From Chiloscyllium plagiosum (taxonomy: Eukaryota), in the NCBI RefSeq assembly GCF_004010195.1, contig NW_025214730.1, forward strand, positions 1-50,000: a stretch of DNA of 50,000 nt. The letters are read 5' to 3'. Every line of letters starts with the position of its first letter. Position 1 is the stretch's first letter. Position numbers and translations under genes: made by a program. Shown piece after piece: positions 24,367-36,235 of this stretch. Under the pieces are notes generated by a model, which saw only the letters and a program-made list of their open reading frames with translations, was not told where the DNA came from and searched no databases.

Positions 24367-27014
24367 TATACTAACACCTTTGGAAAGGGGAGGCTGCATA
24401 TTAATGTCAAGTGTGCACATATTGCTCAAGTCTCTTTTAGCTTTTTAAGTTAGATTTGTCTAGTAGTACTGTATAATAATTTTCTAACAAGAATTGGTGT
24501 TGTGTCTACTTAATTTAAATAAACTATTTTGATTCTTGAATCAGAAGTACAATTTCAAATATTGAGTAAGAGGTTGAGGTTTGTAGTTTTGTGAAAAAAT
24601 GAAAATATAGAAAGATATGAATAAATTTTAATGGGTGTGTTATTAACAAATGTGCTTTAAAGATAAGTGCAAGAGGAATCTAGTGATGCAGATATACAAA
24701 TTAGCTTTTATGGCTTTGTATATTAAGTCAAATGCTGGGGTTCATTTCTAGAGGGATGGAATTGAAAAGATACTTTGTGTAAACTTGTACACAACTTTTG
24801 GTGTATTGTAAATTGTTCTGGTCTTCATATAAAAAGGAAATAGAGATACTGCAGAAAGTGCAAAAGAGAACTTGGTACAGTGATACTGAACTGAGGTTAC
24901 ATCAATCAGGAAAAATCTAAAGGGCTGAGCCTTTCTATTGAAAAGTGAAGAGTTGAGTACTAGTGGTCTTATTGTGAACCTATTCAATAGGGTAGGCAAA
25001 GAAGATATTGCCAACTGCAAAACCAAATTTATAAATCATAAATGCAAAATAGACATTGGATTTATTAAAGCAAACTCAACATAAAATTGTTTACACAGAA
25101 AATGGTTAGATTGTGGGACTTGCTCGCACAGAGTTAATATAATTACATAGATGTAATAAAATAGGAGCTAGATAAGTGCATGCAAAGAAAGGAATACAAG
25201 AATATGTTAATTGGGTTAAATGAGGAAGGGTGTGGAGCATATTCATTTGAGCCTGTTTTGCCAGCGGCTTGTTATCTCTGCTGGTATTGTTTGTATGCAT
25301 AACATTATTTATCAGCTGAACTTGCCATTGGAGCGAACTGGTCTCAGCAAAGTCAGCACTGTTGTTATTTATATTAATGTAGTTTAAACTGAAACAGTAC
25401 CACTAATTATAACTGCAACTACTGAACTATTTTCACATTACATGCGATCCTCCCATTTCATGTGTTTCCCCCAAAATAAATTACATTTTCATATGTGCGT
25501 TTTAAAATTTTAAAAGTTGTAAGAACTTAAAATTATAGGACTGAGTTTGTCATGTGCAGCAATTATAGGTACCTTCTGATCAGAATCTATAACAGTTGCT
25601 ATCTGAATATAAAACTGGCAACACTTTTGAGGTTGTAGTGCAGTTTTATATTCCCTGTAACCTTAGTGCTTTGAAATTTAAAAATCTAATGGAGTCATCT
25701 TGTTTAGCTCAGACTTGAACTGAAATTACCCGTTAGTCCTTTCAATGCATGTACTAAACAACAATTTGCAGTTTGTGCCCTTTATGATGGAGAAACATCC
25801 TGGGATGTTTCAAAATCTGCATGTAAGTAAATAAACTTCAGGTCAAGAAGGGTAGGATGACAAGCATTGAAAGAAGTCTTGGCCTGAAGTAAAATTCTGT
25901 TGATCCTAGTCAAAGATAAATCGTGCAGTATTGAAAATCTGAAATGAAAAGAGAAAATGCTGGAGAGACTCAGCATCTGTAGAGTTGTGAAAAGTATTGT
26001 TGTATCCCATGTAAAATCTGCCTGACCTGCTAACATCCACAGAACATCAGACTACCCCATTGTTAACAGTCTTGAGAGGTTACAAAATTGGAGGTGACCG
26101 TATAAATGAGATTGGAAGAGCACAGCAGTTCAGGCAGCATCCAAGGAGCTGCCTGAACTGCTGTGCTCTTCCAGCACCACTAATCCAGAATCTGGTGTCC
26201 AGCATCTGCAGTCATTGTTTTTACCTAAATGAGATTGACTGAAGCCAACTATGGATGTAATGAACAAAGATTTTAAGTTTTTAATTTGGAGGTGATGAAC
26301 CATTCCAAGTAATGGATGGGATGATAAGTTTTGGAAATGTTGATTATAGATGAATAATGGAAGAAGAGCAAGAACAGTGTTTAAATATGGGTAGGAAAAG
26401 TATGCAAAGGAGTTACTGGTGTTTATGTATGGAGATAAAGAGTTCATGATGGATGAATGACATTTCTAAACCTTAGTTCTGGGTCAGAGGAGACATCATG
26501 GTTACAAGTCGACTGGTTTAGATTGAGAATAGCAGAAATGGATGGAGTTGGTGTCAAGAGAGTGAAGCTTGTGACAGATTCTTAAACAGTTGGACTAAAG
26601 TGGGCTATGCTTCATTCAGGACTTGCTGCCAGACAAAGGTCATTTAGGAGTTAAGATAAATATTGAATAATGATGCTGAAGACAAATGGGGTAGATCTCA
26701 AAAAGAGAAGGGAGAGATGCAATTGTTCAGCACGTACTGAATGCGTTCAGAAAATGGGAATAAAATCTGTACAAGGCAATTCCATCAAACTGGATGATGG
26801 GAGGCAATGGAGGTCAATGTTGGAGTCAACTACAGTACTAAACTTTGGAAACTATGAAGAAAGGTTTGCAAATTGATAATTCCAGACTGCTAAGGAATCA
26901 AATCTATTGATAGCATGAGGATCAGGGAGAGGTGTTATCTTGATGTGTGGTGATTGGAGAGTGGAAAGAGGAGAATTAGTTAAGAGGTGGGCAAGTACCA
27001 TTATATAATAGATA

Positions 27015-27195
27015 CAGGTTATTCTGCTATAATGTGTGTTTCATCAACAAATTTGCTGTAACACAATTGACGAATTGGGATACTGTTTCTAAAGCAAGAA
27101 GTTTTAAAGCATATAATGGTGGTGCTATTAGACAATTTTGTTGTAACAAGGGATTGCACAAGAACAAAACTACTGCATTATTGCAGAACTGACTG
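27015..27195. mobile_element. MITE, TA TSD
   Basis: ta|CAGGTTATTCTGCTATAATG ... CATTATTGCAGAACTGACTG|ta imperfect TIRs. Confidence 0.6.
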
Positions 27196-28811
27196 TACAT
27201 TTATTAAAACTCAACAAGATATGCTGAATGACAGAAGATCGTCATGTTGTTTTAGGGCTGGGCTGGGTTAGGTTGGGGTGAGGAAAGAGACGGTGGTTGA
27301 TGAGCACAAGTCATGCACTTCATAAGAAGGGAAATATCAGTCTTGTGAAGCAGCTCTTGTGAATGTCTCAAGTCAGCCTGAGACAAATTGCTCACCAGCC
27401 CTAAAGTAGAGGATTTGTAAATACTATTAGCACAATTATTAGGTTTTTCTTCATGAGGAACGCTGCTTTTTAAAGTTTTTTTTTCAAAATTTGAACCACT
27501 TTAATGCAAACCTCATTTATTTTCTGGTGTTAGCTACAAAATATAAAATTCTGTCTGCTTAATGGTGAGCTGGAAGAAATGGTTCTGTACATATACAAGG
27601 ATAAAACCTAGGGTCGTGGAGTTTTGAGAATTTAAGTTGGTGAGATTTAATATGGTTTTGACAATGGAGTAGAAGGTTGAAGTATGCAAAATCCTAGTTT
27701 ATTCCTTCAAACTAAATTAGAAAAATACATTACATTAAGTTACAACATGGAAATTGGTTCTTCAGCAATCTATCCAGTGTAATGTTTAATGTTGACAGTT
27801 TTGCCTCAACCATTTAGTTCTGAAAGTAAATTCAGAAATGAAGAGTGCTTTTTTAAAATTTATGGCCTCAATCCATATACAACTACTAGTAAAGGCTGTT
27901 CCTTTATCTACCCGGTGGCATTATTTCCTACTATGTAGCCTAATACTCTAACTGAAATTTAAGATTTTACATAGGTGCCTCTACACTTTGTATACAAAAC
28001 CACATGATATTTAAGTGGTTCTGCTGTTAATGTTATTATAATTGCATGTTAAATTGGAAAAAAAAATGTTTGGATTCATAGTTAATGAGAACCTTTAAAA
28101 GCAGGAGGATATTAAAAATCTATTTAATATATTGCACCAGAAGATCTTGTCAATGAAGGGACTGTATGTTGTTGCTAAACATTCTGTGGTTCTGTCTTTG
28201 CTGTCAGGAGTGAGTGCGCAGAACCTAGTTGGCATATACAACCATTTTGCTGACAAATTAGTGGTAATGTGAAATTTCTTGGCCCAACAAGTCCACTTAT
28301 ATGCCTGGTTATATTGCAAAATTATATAGATTTCGCACTCCTATATACATTTGTGAACTTGACTGAATTTTAAAGTAGAAACTTATGGAATCAACATATT
28401 TTTCTCTTCAAGATAACCTCCAATATGGTCAGCCAAAAGAAAAACCTAATTGCGTGAGAAAGGACAAAAATGAATTTTTTTTACGTGTTTGACTTGAGTT
28501 TAATACGTCACAGCAAAATAGTTTAAGAATTGGTTAAAATAACCTGTCTACATTTTAGCCTTGTTTCAGTGGTACCAACCCTGAGACATGGACACCTTAA
28601 TAGGAGATGAATCACTGAACTAAGTAAGCCGGCAATAAATTGTAGACTGATACATAGTGGTATTACAGAAGAATTGAATACAGACATCCACATGCTTTCT
28701 GCATTTATACAGCAAGGAGATAGACCCTGTGGTCCAACCAATCCATGTCGACCGTAATTCCAAACTGAACTAATCTCACCTGCCTCTACTTGGTCTACGC
28801 AGAAATATTTC

Positions 28812-28922
28812 TGTTAGGTGAAGGGGTAAATGTAGGGGAATGGGTCTGGGTGGGTTGCTCTTCAGAGGGTCTGTGTGGACTTGTTGGGCCAAAGGGACTG
28901 CTTCCACACTAAGTAATCTAAT
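28812..28922 (+). mobile_element. HE1-like SINE 3' end
   Basis: ...gtgtggacttgttgggccaaagggactgcttccacactaagtaatcta matches the tail of the 33093-33397 SINE. Confidence 0.7.
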
Positions 28923-30269
28923 TACTGGTTGTCTTAAGACTTCCTTTTAATGTTCTATTAGATGAGAGGCCTCTGGTGTATTGGTATTGTCCACATCTCT
29001 GGGCCAGAAGATTCCGTTTCAAGTTACACTTGCTCCAGCACTGTCATAATACATCTGAACAGATTTAAAAAAAAATAACATGCTTTGTTAGACAATATTA
29101 CCTATATTTCAAGTAAATTGAACCAAGAAAATATTTAGGTGAAAAAAGTGACTACTTCCATTTATCGAACAGGCAAGGATTTCTTCAAATACATATTTCT
29201 ACTAGATGCAGTTGTAATGGTGTTGGCAAACGATCATTTCTTTGTATCAGCAGGAGGCAAATTAAACAAATTTGAATAGTTTGCTATAAATGTTGTGGTT
29301 TTTGACTAAGAATGAGTGTCTTAGGATGAAGGTGCATTATTTTATCAGGTATACTTGTTGGAATTTCCATTAGAAATCCAGTGTCCACATTTCCTATCCT
29401 GTTTTTCTTGATATTATCACAATGCAATTGCATATTAAAACCACTGGATGGCTCTTTGGAATAAATCTGTCGTTAGGTTTCCAGCTCTCGATTTTAAGGT
29501 TTCTCTTGTAATCAGTTACTTTCCCTTTAGTTATCTATTACCTAATCTTTAAACTATAATGTTCAACTTTAGAAACAGGCTGCCTTATCTTGAAGATCTA
29601 TTCTAATATTTGTACCCCATTTGTTTCTCTCATCCATTTCATGAACCCCAGTTTCATGTTAGCATTCCTACCTCTAAACCAGGATTTCTGGGTTCAAGTC
29701 CCACCTGTTCCAAAGATGTGTAGTATCATCTCTGAAACAGGTTGATTACAAAATACCCTAGATAGTTTATTTCCAGTGCCTGGGCTAGAGGGAAGGTGTT
29801 TGACGCTAAATGATATTTGGCTTTGAGAATAATTCTTAGAATGCCATTTTCAAGACCTTACTCAAAGTTGTCTTTTAATTGCTGGAATGTCCTTAATTTT
29901 TAAAAATTTGTTCAAATCCTACACACTTGTTTTCCAAAATATTTTACACCGGCCCCAAGGAGACAACAGCACCTAAGGCTTTCTGCCATAGGTGTAAAGT
30001 TGTCTTTACTCTCGACAAATTTTTTGCCCTCTTTGATAGTTAGACAACACTAATTGTGGGACTACAGATCATAGGTCTGGTTCTGTCGTCACACCAGAAC
30101 CATATACAGTAGTAGTGTACTGATATAAAACCGATTGCACAGGGATCAGGTCCTTCGTTCGGTACTTCACCCTTCCTGGTGATATAAAGGTTCTCTCTGC
30201 TGTTTGACAAATGAGGATGTCAGTCATTGCCATGATTGCTGGCCTCTGTTAACGCTGTGGTTTCTAGGG

Positions 30270-31030
30270 TGACAGTTTCCGTGGGGACTCGTTAAGCTGT
30301 CGCACCAATTCCTCCCTCCCGAACTCTGACCTCCCTTCCCCCCCCCCCGGCTTTTGTTCGGTTGCTCGCTTCAATCTTCCAGCCAGGATTCGGCGGAAAA
30401 AAAAAATAGAATTTAAATTAGAAATCCGTTAAATTAGCTGGCCGCCGCTGTCGACGACAATGCCGTTGGTCGCGTGCAAAAGGTCGTCTCCCCTCCGCCA
30501 GCCCGATTGGGATGCTACTCTGGTGAAACGGTGTTTCCAGGGCAGACGTTAATTAGAGGGTAAGTGAACAAATACAATGTTTAAATGCTGGTAGGTAGGT
30601 CGGATGCAGCGTTAGTGTTCCTTTTAAGAGCGAAGAGCTGTATATTATATACATTTAAGGAGTCCAAGTCGATCGATTGACGCGACGACCTAACGCTCCC
30701 CGGACATGTCTGTCTCCAGCTCCTTGAATTATTTGACGTCTGTTTGTACTAACCCCCATCCCTTTCGGGAGACAGTTTTAATATCCCACATCCCCTCCCC
30801 CATTTCCAAATCCACAACACAGCCTGAGCGGCGCAGCCTAACATGCTGATGGACTGTCCGTGATTGACATTGGGTTGGCTCAATGGGAACCGGCGGCCGC
30901 TGTGACTGACCAATCGGCTCGAGCAGGCCAGGCAGCGGTGCCGCCCCTCCATCAGCAAGGTCCCTTGAGAAGTGAATGGGAACAAGGTGGGAGGGAGTGC
31001 GTGTCAATCACCGACATCAGGGTGTCCAGC
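30270..31030. promoter_or_regulatory. CpG island, probable promoter and non-coding exon 1 of IKZF5 copy B
   Basis: Second CpG-rich island; consensus donor GAGG|gtaagt at 30560; CCAAT/ATTGG boxes (~30505, ~30910); 11.8 kb upstream of the copy B acceptor with no other gene recognised between. Confidence 0.7.
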
Positions 31031-31555
31031 ATCCAGTCGCTCTCCCTCCAAATAAAACCAATTACAAATGGAATAGAAATTATCGAACATCTTGGAAACA
31101 AGAAGTTTATTCTTCAAAGGATAAGCTATCACTGATGATCACCTTGAGTTCAGGGTTACTTTCTTATAATGTTGAAACTATTATAGGACGACGTGATTCG
31201 CAATTGTCCTAATGAATAGTTTAGAATCACATGCCAGCCTTTGAGTACAATAGAGGTTCACTAGGTTTGTGGTTTCAAGGGACTGTCTTATGAAAATTGA
31301 TTAAATAGACTCTCGTGTTTAAAAGGAGGGACGATCTCAATGAAGCATACAAAATTCCTAAGGGACAAGAGGGTACGCGCTGATGGGATGTTTTCTCCTT
31401 TTGGGGGTGCACTCTCAGAATAAGGGATTGGCCATTTAGGATTGAGACCAGACGACACCTCTTCATTGAAAGTCTCCACGCCAGTGAACTGTGGATGCTG
31501 AGTCAGTGCTTATATTCAAAAGTAACCAATAGACTTATGGATGAGAGAAAGTGAG

Positions 31556-31749
31556 GGCTGCAGATGCTGGAGATCAGAGCTGAAAATGTGTTGCTGGAAA
31601 AGCGCAGCAGGTCAGGCAGCATCAAAGGAGCAGGAGAATTAACGTTTCGGGTATAAGCCCTTCTTCAGGAATGAGGAATGTGTGTTCGATTCTCCTGTTC
31701 CTTGGATGCTGCCTGACCTGCTGCGCTTTTCCAGCAACACATTTTCAGC
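31556..31749. repeat. Fold-back Penelope-type repeat, ~61-bp stem with hammerhead-like loop
   Basis: Arms 31579-31639 and 31689-31749 are reverse complements with 2 mismatches; the loop reads CTGAAGA-AGGGCTTATACCC-GAAACGTT on minus. Confidence 0.8.
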
Positions 31750-33092
31750 AGGAATAGACTTATGGATGTCAAGCTCATGCAGGAAAGTGGAATTGTGGTG
31801 GAAGATTAGCCATGATCATGTTGAATGGCAGGGCAGGTTCAAGAGGCCAAAAGATCCATGTCTGAACCATTTCTTATCTTATTACATCCTGTGTTTGGTT
31901 GCACTGTGGCTGCAAAGAAACATCTTAGCAAACAATACAGAATGAAATATTCCAGTATACATTAAAATATGTGGTATTTGTGTGTATGCACACAGTATGA
32001 AATAAATGTAATACATACAGATTCTGCCCTTAACATCTCCCATCTGTGTGTTGAGCAGCAACACACAATATTTGTTTGCCACTATATTTATCAACAGATT
32101 TTCCTCTAAACACATCTGTTACATGGGAATTTTTTAACAGTGTAAAAAAGGGGAAATTATGATAGAAATGATTTGCACCAATAATTACTACTCCATATTG
32201 TTCCCCCCAAGACATATGATCCACTGTTGTTCCAGGTGAAAACAGGTTTGCTTTCCCACTGAAATCAAAGCTTTGCTTTCCCATTGAAATCAATGGCAAT
32301 CACCACTTGTTCATTTTGAGACTTCTGCCACTTGCACAAAAATGATGTGGTGTTCCCATGTATCTGCTGCTACTGTTCTTCTAGATTGAAGTGTTTATTT
32401 GTTTGCGAGATGCTGTCTTAGGTTCTTTGGATTTCTGTGGTGCATCTTGTAGACTATACATAGCTGCTACTGTGGATCGGTGATGGAGGGAGTGGATGTA
32501 CTACCTGTCAAGCAGGATGTTTTTTCCTGGATGGTGTCATGCTTCTTGAGTGCTGTTGGAGCTACAGCCAACCAGGCAAGTGACTTGTGCCTTGTAGATA
32601 GTCAAAAGACACTGGTGAGTCAGGAGATGAGTTACTTGCCACAGTATACCTAGCCTCTGAGCTACTCATAGCTACTGTGTTTATGTGACGGGTCCAGTTG
32701 AGTTTCTGGCCAATAGTAACCCCAAATATTTTGATAGTCAAGGGACGGTGATTAAACTGTCTCTTATTGGAGATGATCACTGCTTGGCATTTGTGTGGCA
32801 CAAATGTTGCTTGCCATTTTTCAGCTACAGCCTATATATTGTCCAGATTTTGTTGCATTTGAACTTGGACTGGTTCAATACCTGAGGAGTCACAAATGGT
32901 ACTGAACATTATGGAATTATCAGGAAGTGTCCCCATTTCTGACTTTATGATGGAGGGAAGATCATTGATGAAGTTGGTTGGGCCGAGGACACGACTGAGG
33001 ACCTGCAGAGATGTCCACGAGCTGAGATGACTGAACTCCAACAATCACAAGCATCTTTCTATTTGCCTGGTATGACTCCAACCAGCAGAGAG

Positions 33093-33397
33093 TTTAGATT
33101 AGATTACTTAGTGTGGAAACAGGCCCTTCGGGCCAACAAGTCCACACCGCCCCGCCAAAGCGCAACCCACCCATACCTCTACATTTACCCCTTACCTAAC
33201 ACTACGGGCAATTTTAGCATGGCCAATTCACCTAACCTGCACATCTTTGGACTGTGGGTGGAAACCAGAGCATCCGGAGGAAACCCACGCAGACACGGGG
33301 AGAACATGCAAACTCCACACAGTCTGAGGCGGGAATTGAATCCGGGTCTCTGGCGCTGTGAGGCAGCAGTGCTAACCACTGTGCCACCATGCCGCCC
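33093..33397 (-). mobile_element. Near full-length HE1-like tRNA SINE
   Basis: Minus: gggcggcatggtggcacagtggttagcactgctgcctcacagcgccagagacccggattcaattccc (A/B boxes), V-SINE-type core, tail taagtaatctaatctaa. Confidence 0.85.
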
Positions 33398-33454
33398 ACG
33401 CATACCCATTGATTCCAGTTCTGCTAGGGCTCCATGATGCTGCACTCGGTCAAA

Positions 33455-34415
33455 GAGTTATATAGCACGGAAATAGACCCTTCTGTCCAAATCACCCGCA
33501 CCAACTGTATATCGTAAACTGATCTAGTCCCATTTGCAATATTTTGGCCCACATCTCTCTCAATCTTTCCTATTCACGTACCCATCCAGATGCCCTCTAG
33601 GTTTGGACTCCTCTACCCTGGGGAAAAGACCTTGACTATTCACCCTATTCATGCTCCTCATGATTTTGTAAACCTCCATAAGGTCACCCGTCAGCCTCTG
33701 ATGCTCCTGGAGAAAATGCCTCAGCCTATTCCACTTTTCCCTATAGCTTAAACTCTCCAATCTTGGCAACATCCTTGTAAATATTTTCTGAACCCTCTCA
33801 AGTTTAATAATTCCTTTCCTGTAGCAGGGAGACCAGAACTGAATGCAGTATTGTAAAAATGGCCTCACCAATGTCTTTTACAAGTGCACCTTGCAAAGGC
33901 TATGAGCCTTGACAACATTCCAGCAATAGTACCGAATTTGCCAATCCTGTACTCAGTGCACTGACTAATGAAGGCAAGTGTGCCAAATGCCTTCTTCACT
34001 ACCCCGTCTACTTGTGACCCTATTTTCAAGGAACTATGCACCTTCACACCTAGGTCCCTTTGTTTGGCAATACTCCCCAGGACCCCACTATTGTATAAGC
34101 CTTACCAAACTGCAACACCTTACGTTTATCAAAATTAAATGTCATCTGCCACTCCTCGGCCTATTTGCCCATCTGATCAAGGTCCTGTTGTACTCTGAGA
34201 TTACTTTCTTCACTGTCCACTACGCCACCAATTTTGGTGACATCTGCAAATTGACTAACCATTACCTCCTATATTCACATTCAAATCATTTATATAAATG
34301 ATGAAAAGCAGTGGACCCAAATCCTTGCAGCACATCACTGGTCACAAGCCTGCAGTCAAAAATCAACCCTCTACTACTGTCCGTTGTCTCTCACCTTCAA
34401 GCCAATTTTGTATCA
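33455..34415 (-). mobile_element. CR1-clade LINE 3' remnant
   Basis: ORF VRPFLQYCIQFWSPCYRKGIIKLERVQKIFTRMLPRLESLSYREKWNRL is the typical CR1 ORF2 C-terminus. Confidence 0.9.
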
Positions 34416-35829
34416 AAACTGGTACCCAAACTGGGTGTCGGTGAGCATGTGCTGCTTAATAGTACTGTTGATTACACTTTCCATCACTTCACTAATAATT
34501 ACAAGTAGACTGATGGGACGATAATTGGTTGGACTGGATTTGTCCTGCATTTTGTGTATGAAACATACTTGGGCAATTTTCCACATTACTGGGTAGATAG
34601 CAGTCTTGTAATTAAACTGGGAACCACTTGGTTAGGAAAACAGCAAGTTCTGTACTATTACTGGAATGTTGTCAGGCCCATGGCCTTTGCAGAATCCAGT
34701 GCCACCAACTGTTTCTTGATATCAAATGGGGTGAACTGAATTGGCTGAAGACAAATGCAGGACAAATCCAGTCCAACCAATTATCGTCCCATCAGTCTGT
34801 AATGCTGTGGACCACTAGAGGTCAAAATGGATCATCTACTTGGCACTTCTAGCTGAAGATTACTGCAAATACTTCAACCTTTGCACTTAAGGTTTTGCTC
34901 TTCTGTCATTGAATTTGGGGATATTTGTGAAACCTTATCCTCCAGTGAGTTGTTTATTTGTCCACCACCATTTATGACTGGATATGGCAGCACTGTAGAG
35001 CTTAGATCTGATTCATTGGTTGTAGGATTGCTTAGCTCTGTGTATCACTTGCTGCTTGTGCTGTTTGGCATGCAGTAGTCCTGTTTGATAGCTTCACCTG
35101 GTTGGCATGTCATTTTCAGGTATGCCTAGTGCTGCTACTGGCATGTCTCCTGCGCTGTCCATTGACCCATTGATGGTAATGGTTAAGTGGGAAATATGCT
35201 GGGCCATGAGGATGCAGATTGTGTTGGAGTACAATTCTGCTGCTGTTGACGGTGCACAGCGCCTCATCAATATCCAGTCTTGAGTTGCTAGATTTGTCTG
35301 AAGTTTGTCCCATTTAGCACAGTTAGTACCACACAGAATGCTGGAGGGTATTCTCAATGTGAAGACAGGACTTTGTCTTGATAAAGACTGTACAATGGTC
35401 ACTACTAGTGATGCATCTGCAACTGGCAGATTGGTATGGATGAGGTCAAATATGTTTTTCTCTCTTGTTGGTTCGGAGTCAATATTAAGGACTCTGAGGG
35501 CAATTCCTTCCCAACAGTATACCACTGAGCCAGCACCTCTGCAAGTCTGCCCTGCTGGTGGGACAGGACATATTCAGGGATGTTGATGGTAGCATCTGAG
35601 ACATTGTCTATTAGGTATGATTCCACAAGTATGAGTATGTCTGTCTGGTGCTTGACTAGTCTGTGAGACAGTTCTCCCAGTTTTGACAGTAGACCCCAGA
35701 AGTTAATAAAGAAGACTTTGCAAGGTTGACAGGGCTGTTTGTGCTATTGTCTCTTCTGAAGATTAGGTTGTTGCTGCATGGTCCATCAGGTTTCATCTCA
35801 TCCTCGAGACTTTGTAGAGATTGACAAAA

Positions 35830-36115
35830 ATTGAGTGGCTTGCTAGGTCATTTCAGAGGGCAGTTGGGAGTCAACCACATTTCTGTGGGTCTGGTTACAT
35901 GTCGCCAGACCCAGTGAGGATGGCAGATTTCCTTCCCTCAGCCAGATGGATTTTTCCTGACAATTGACAATGGTTTCATGGACTTCAATAGAATTTTAAT
36001 TCTCAATATGTTTTATACCACCACCTGCCACAGCAGGATTCGAACCTGGGTCTCCAGAGCATGAGCTAAGTTTCTGAATTAATAGACTAGCAATAATACC
36101 ACTAGGCCATCACCT
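35830..36115 (-). mobile_element. tRNA-derived SINE (family of 15972-16322)
   Basis: Minus: ggtgatggcctagtggtattattgctagtctattaattcaga...ccaggttcgaatcc. Confidence 0.65.
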
Positions 36116-36235
36116 TCCTTTGTACCCTGGTTTTAGATTCACCAGCCAAGGCAAATATCTGCATACATCCTATTACACCCCTCATTAAGAATGTTTTGAG
36201 TTTCACCCTCATTCTTTGAAATTCTAGGGAGTATA

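Larger units (their letters stand above)
32340..35830 (-). mobile_element. Long decayed LINE (RT and endonuclease region) interrupted by a SINE and a CR1
   Basis: Minus ORF fragments QVLSRVLGPTNFINDLPSIIKSEMGTLPDN (RT) and EPTREKNIFDLIHTN (APE C-terminus); many stops and frameshifts. Confidence 0.75.

Noticed and set aside
30100..30240. Possible divergent first exon at the second CpG island (minus ATG GCA ATG ACT...)
   Set aside because: No consensus donor and no similarity to the 7390-7416 exon.
33330..33397. tRNA gene (also 40423-40490, 15972-16060)
   Set aside because: A/B boxes run directly into SINE bodies; these are tRNA-derived SINE heads.
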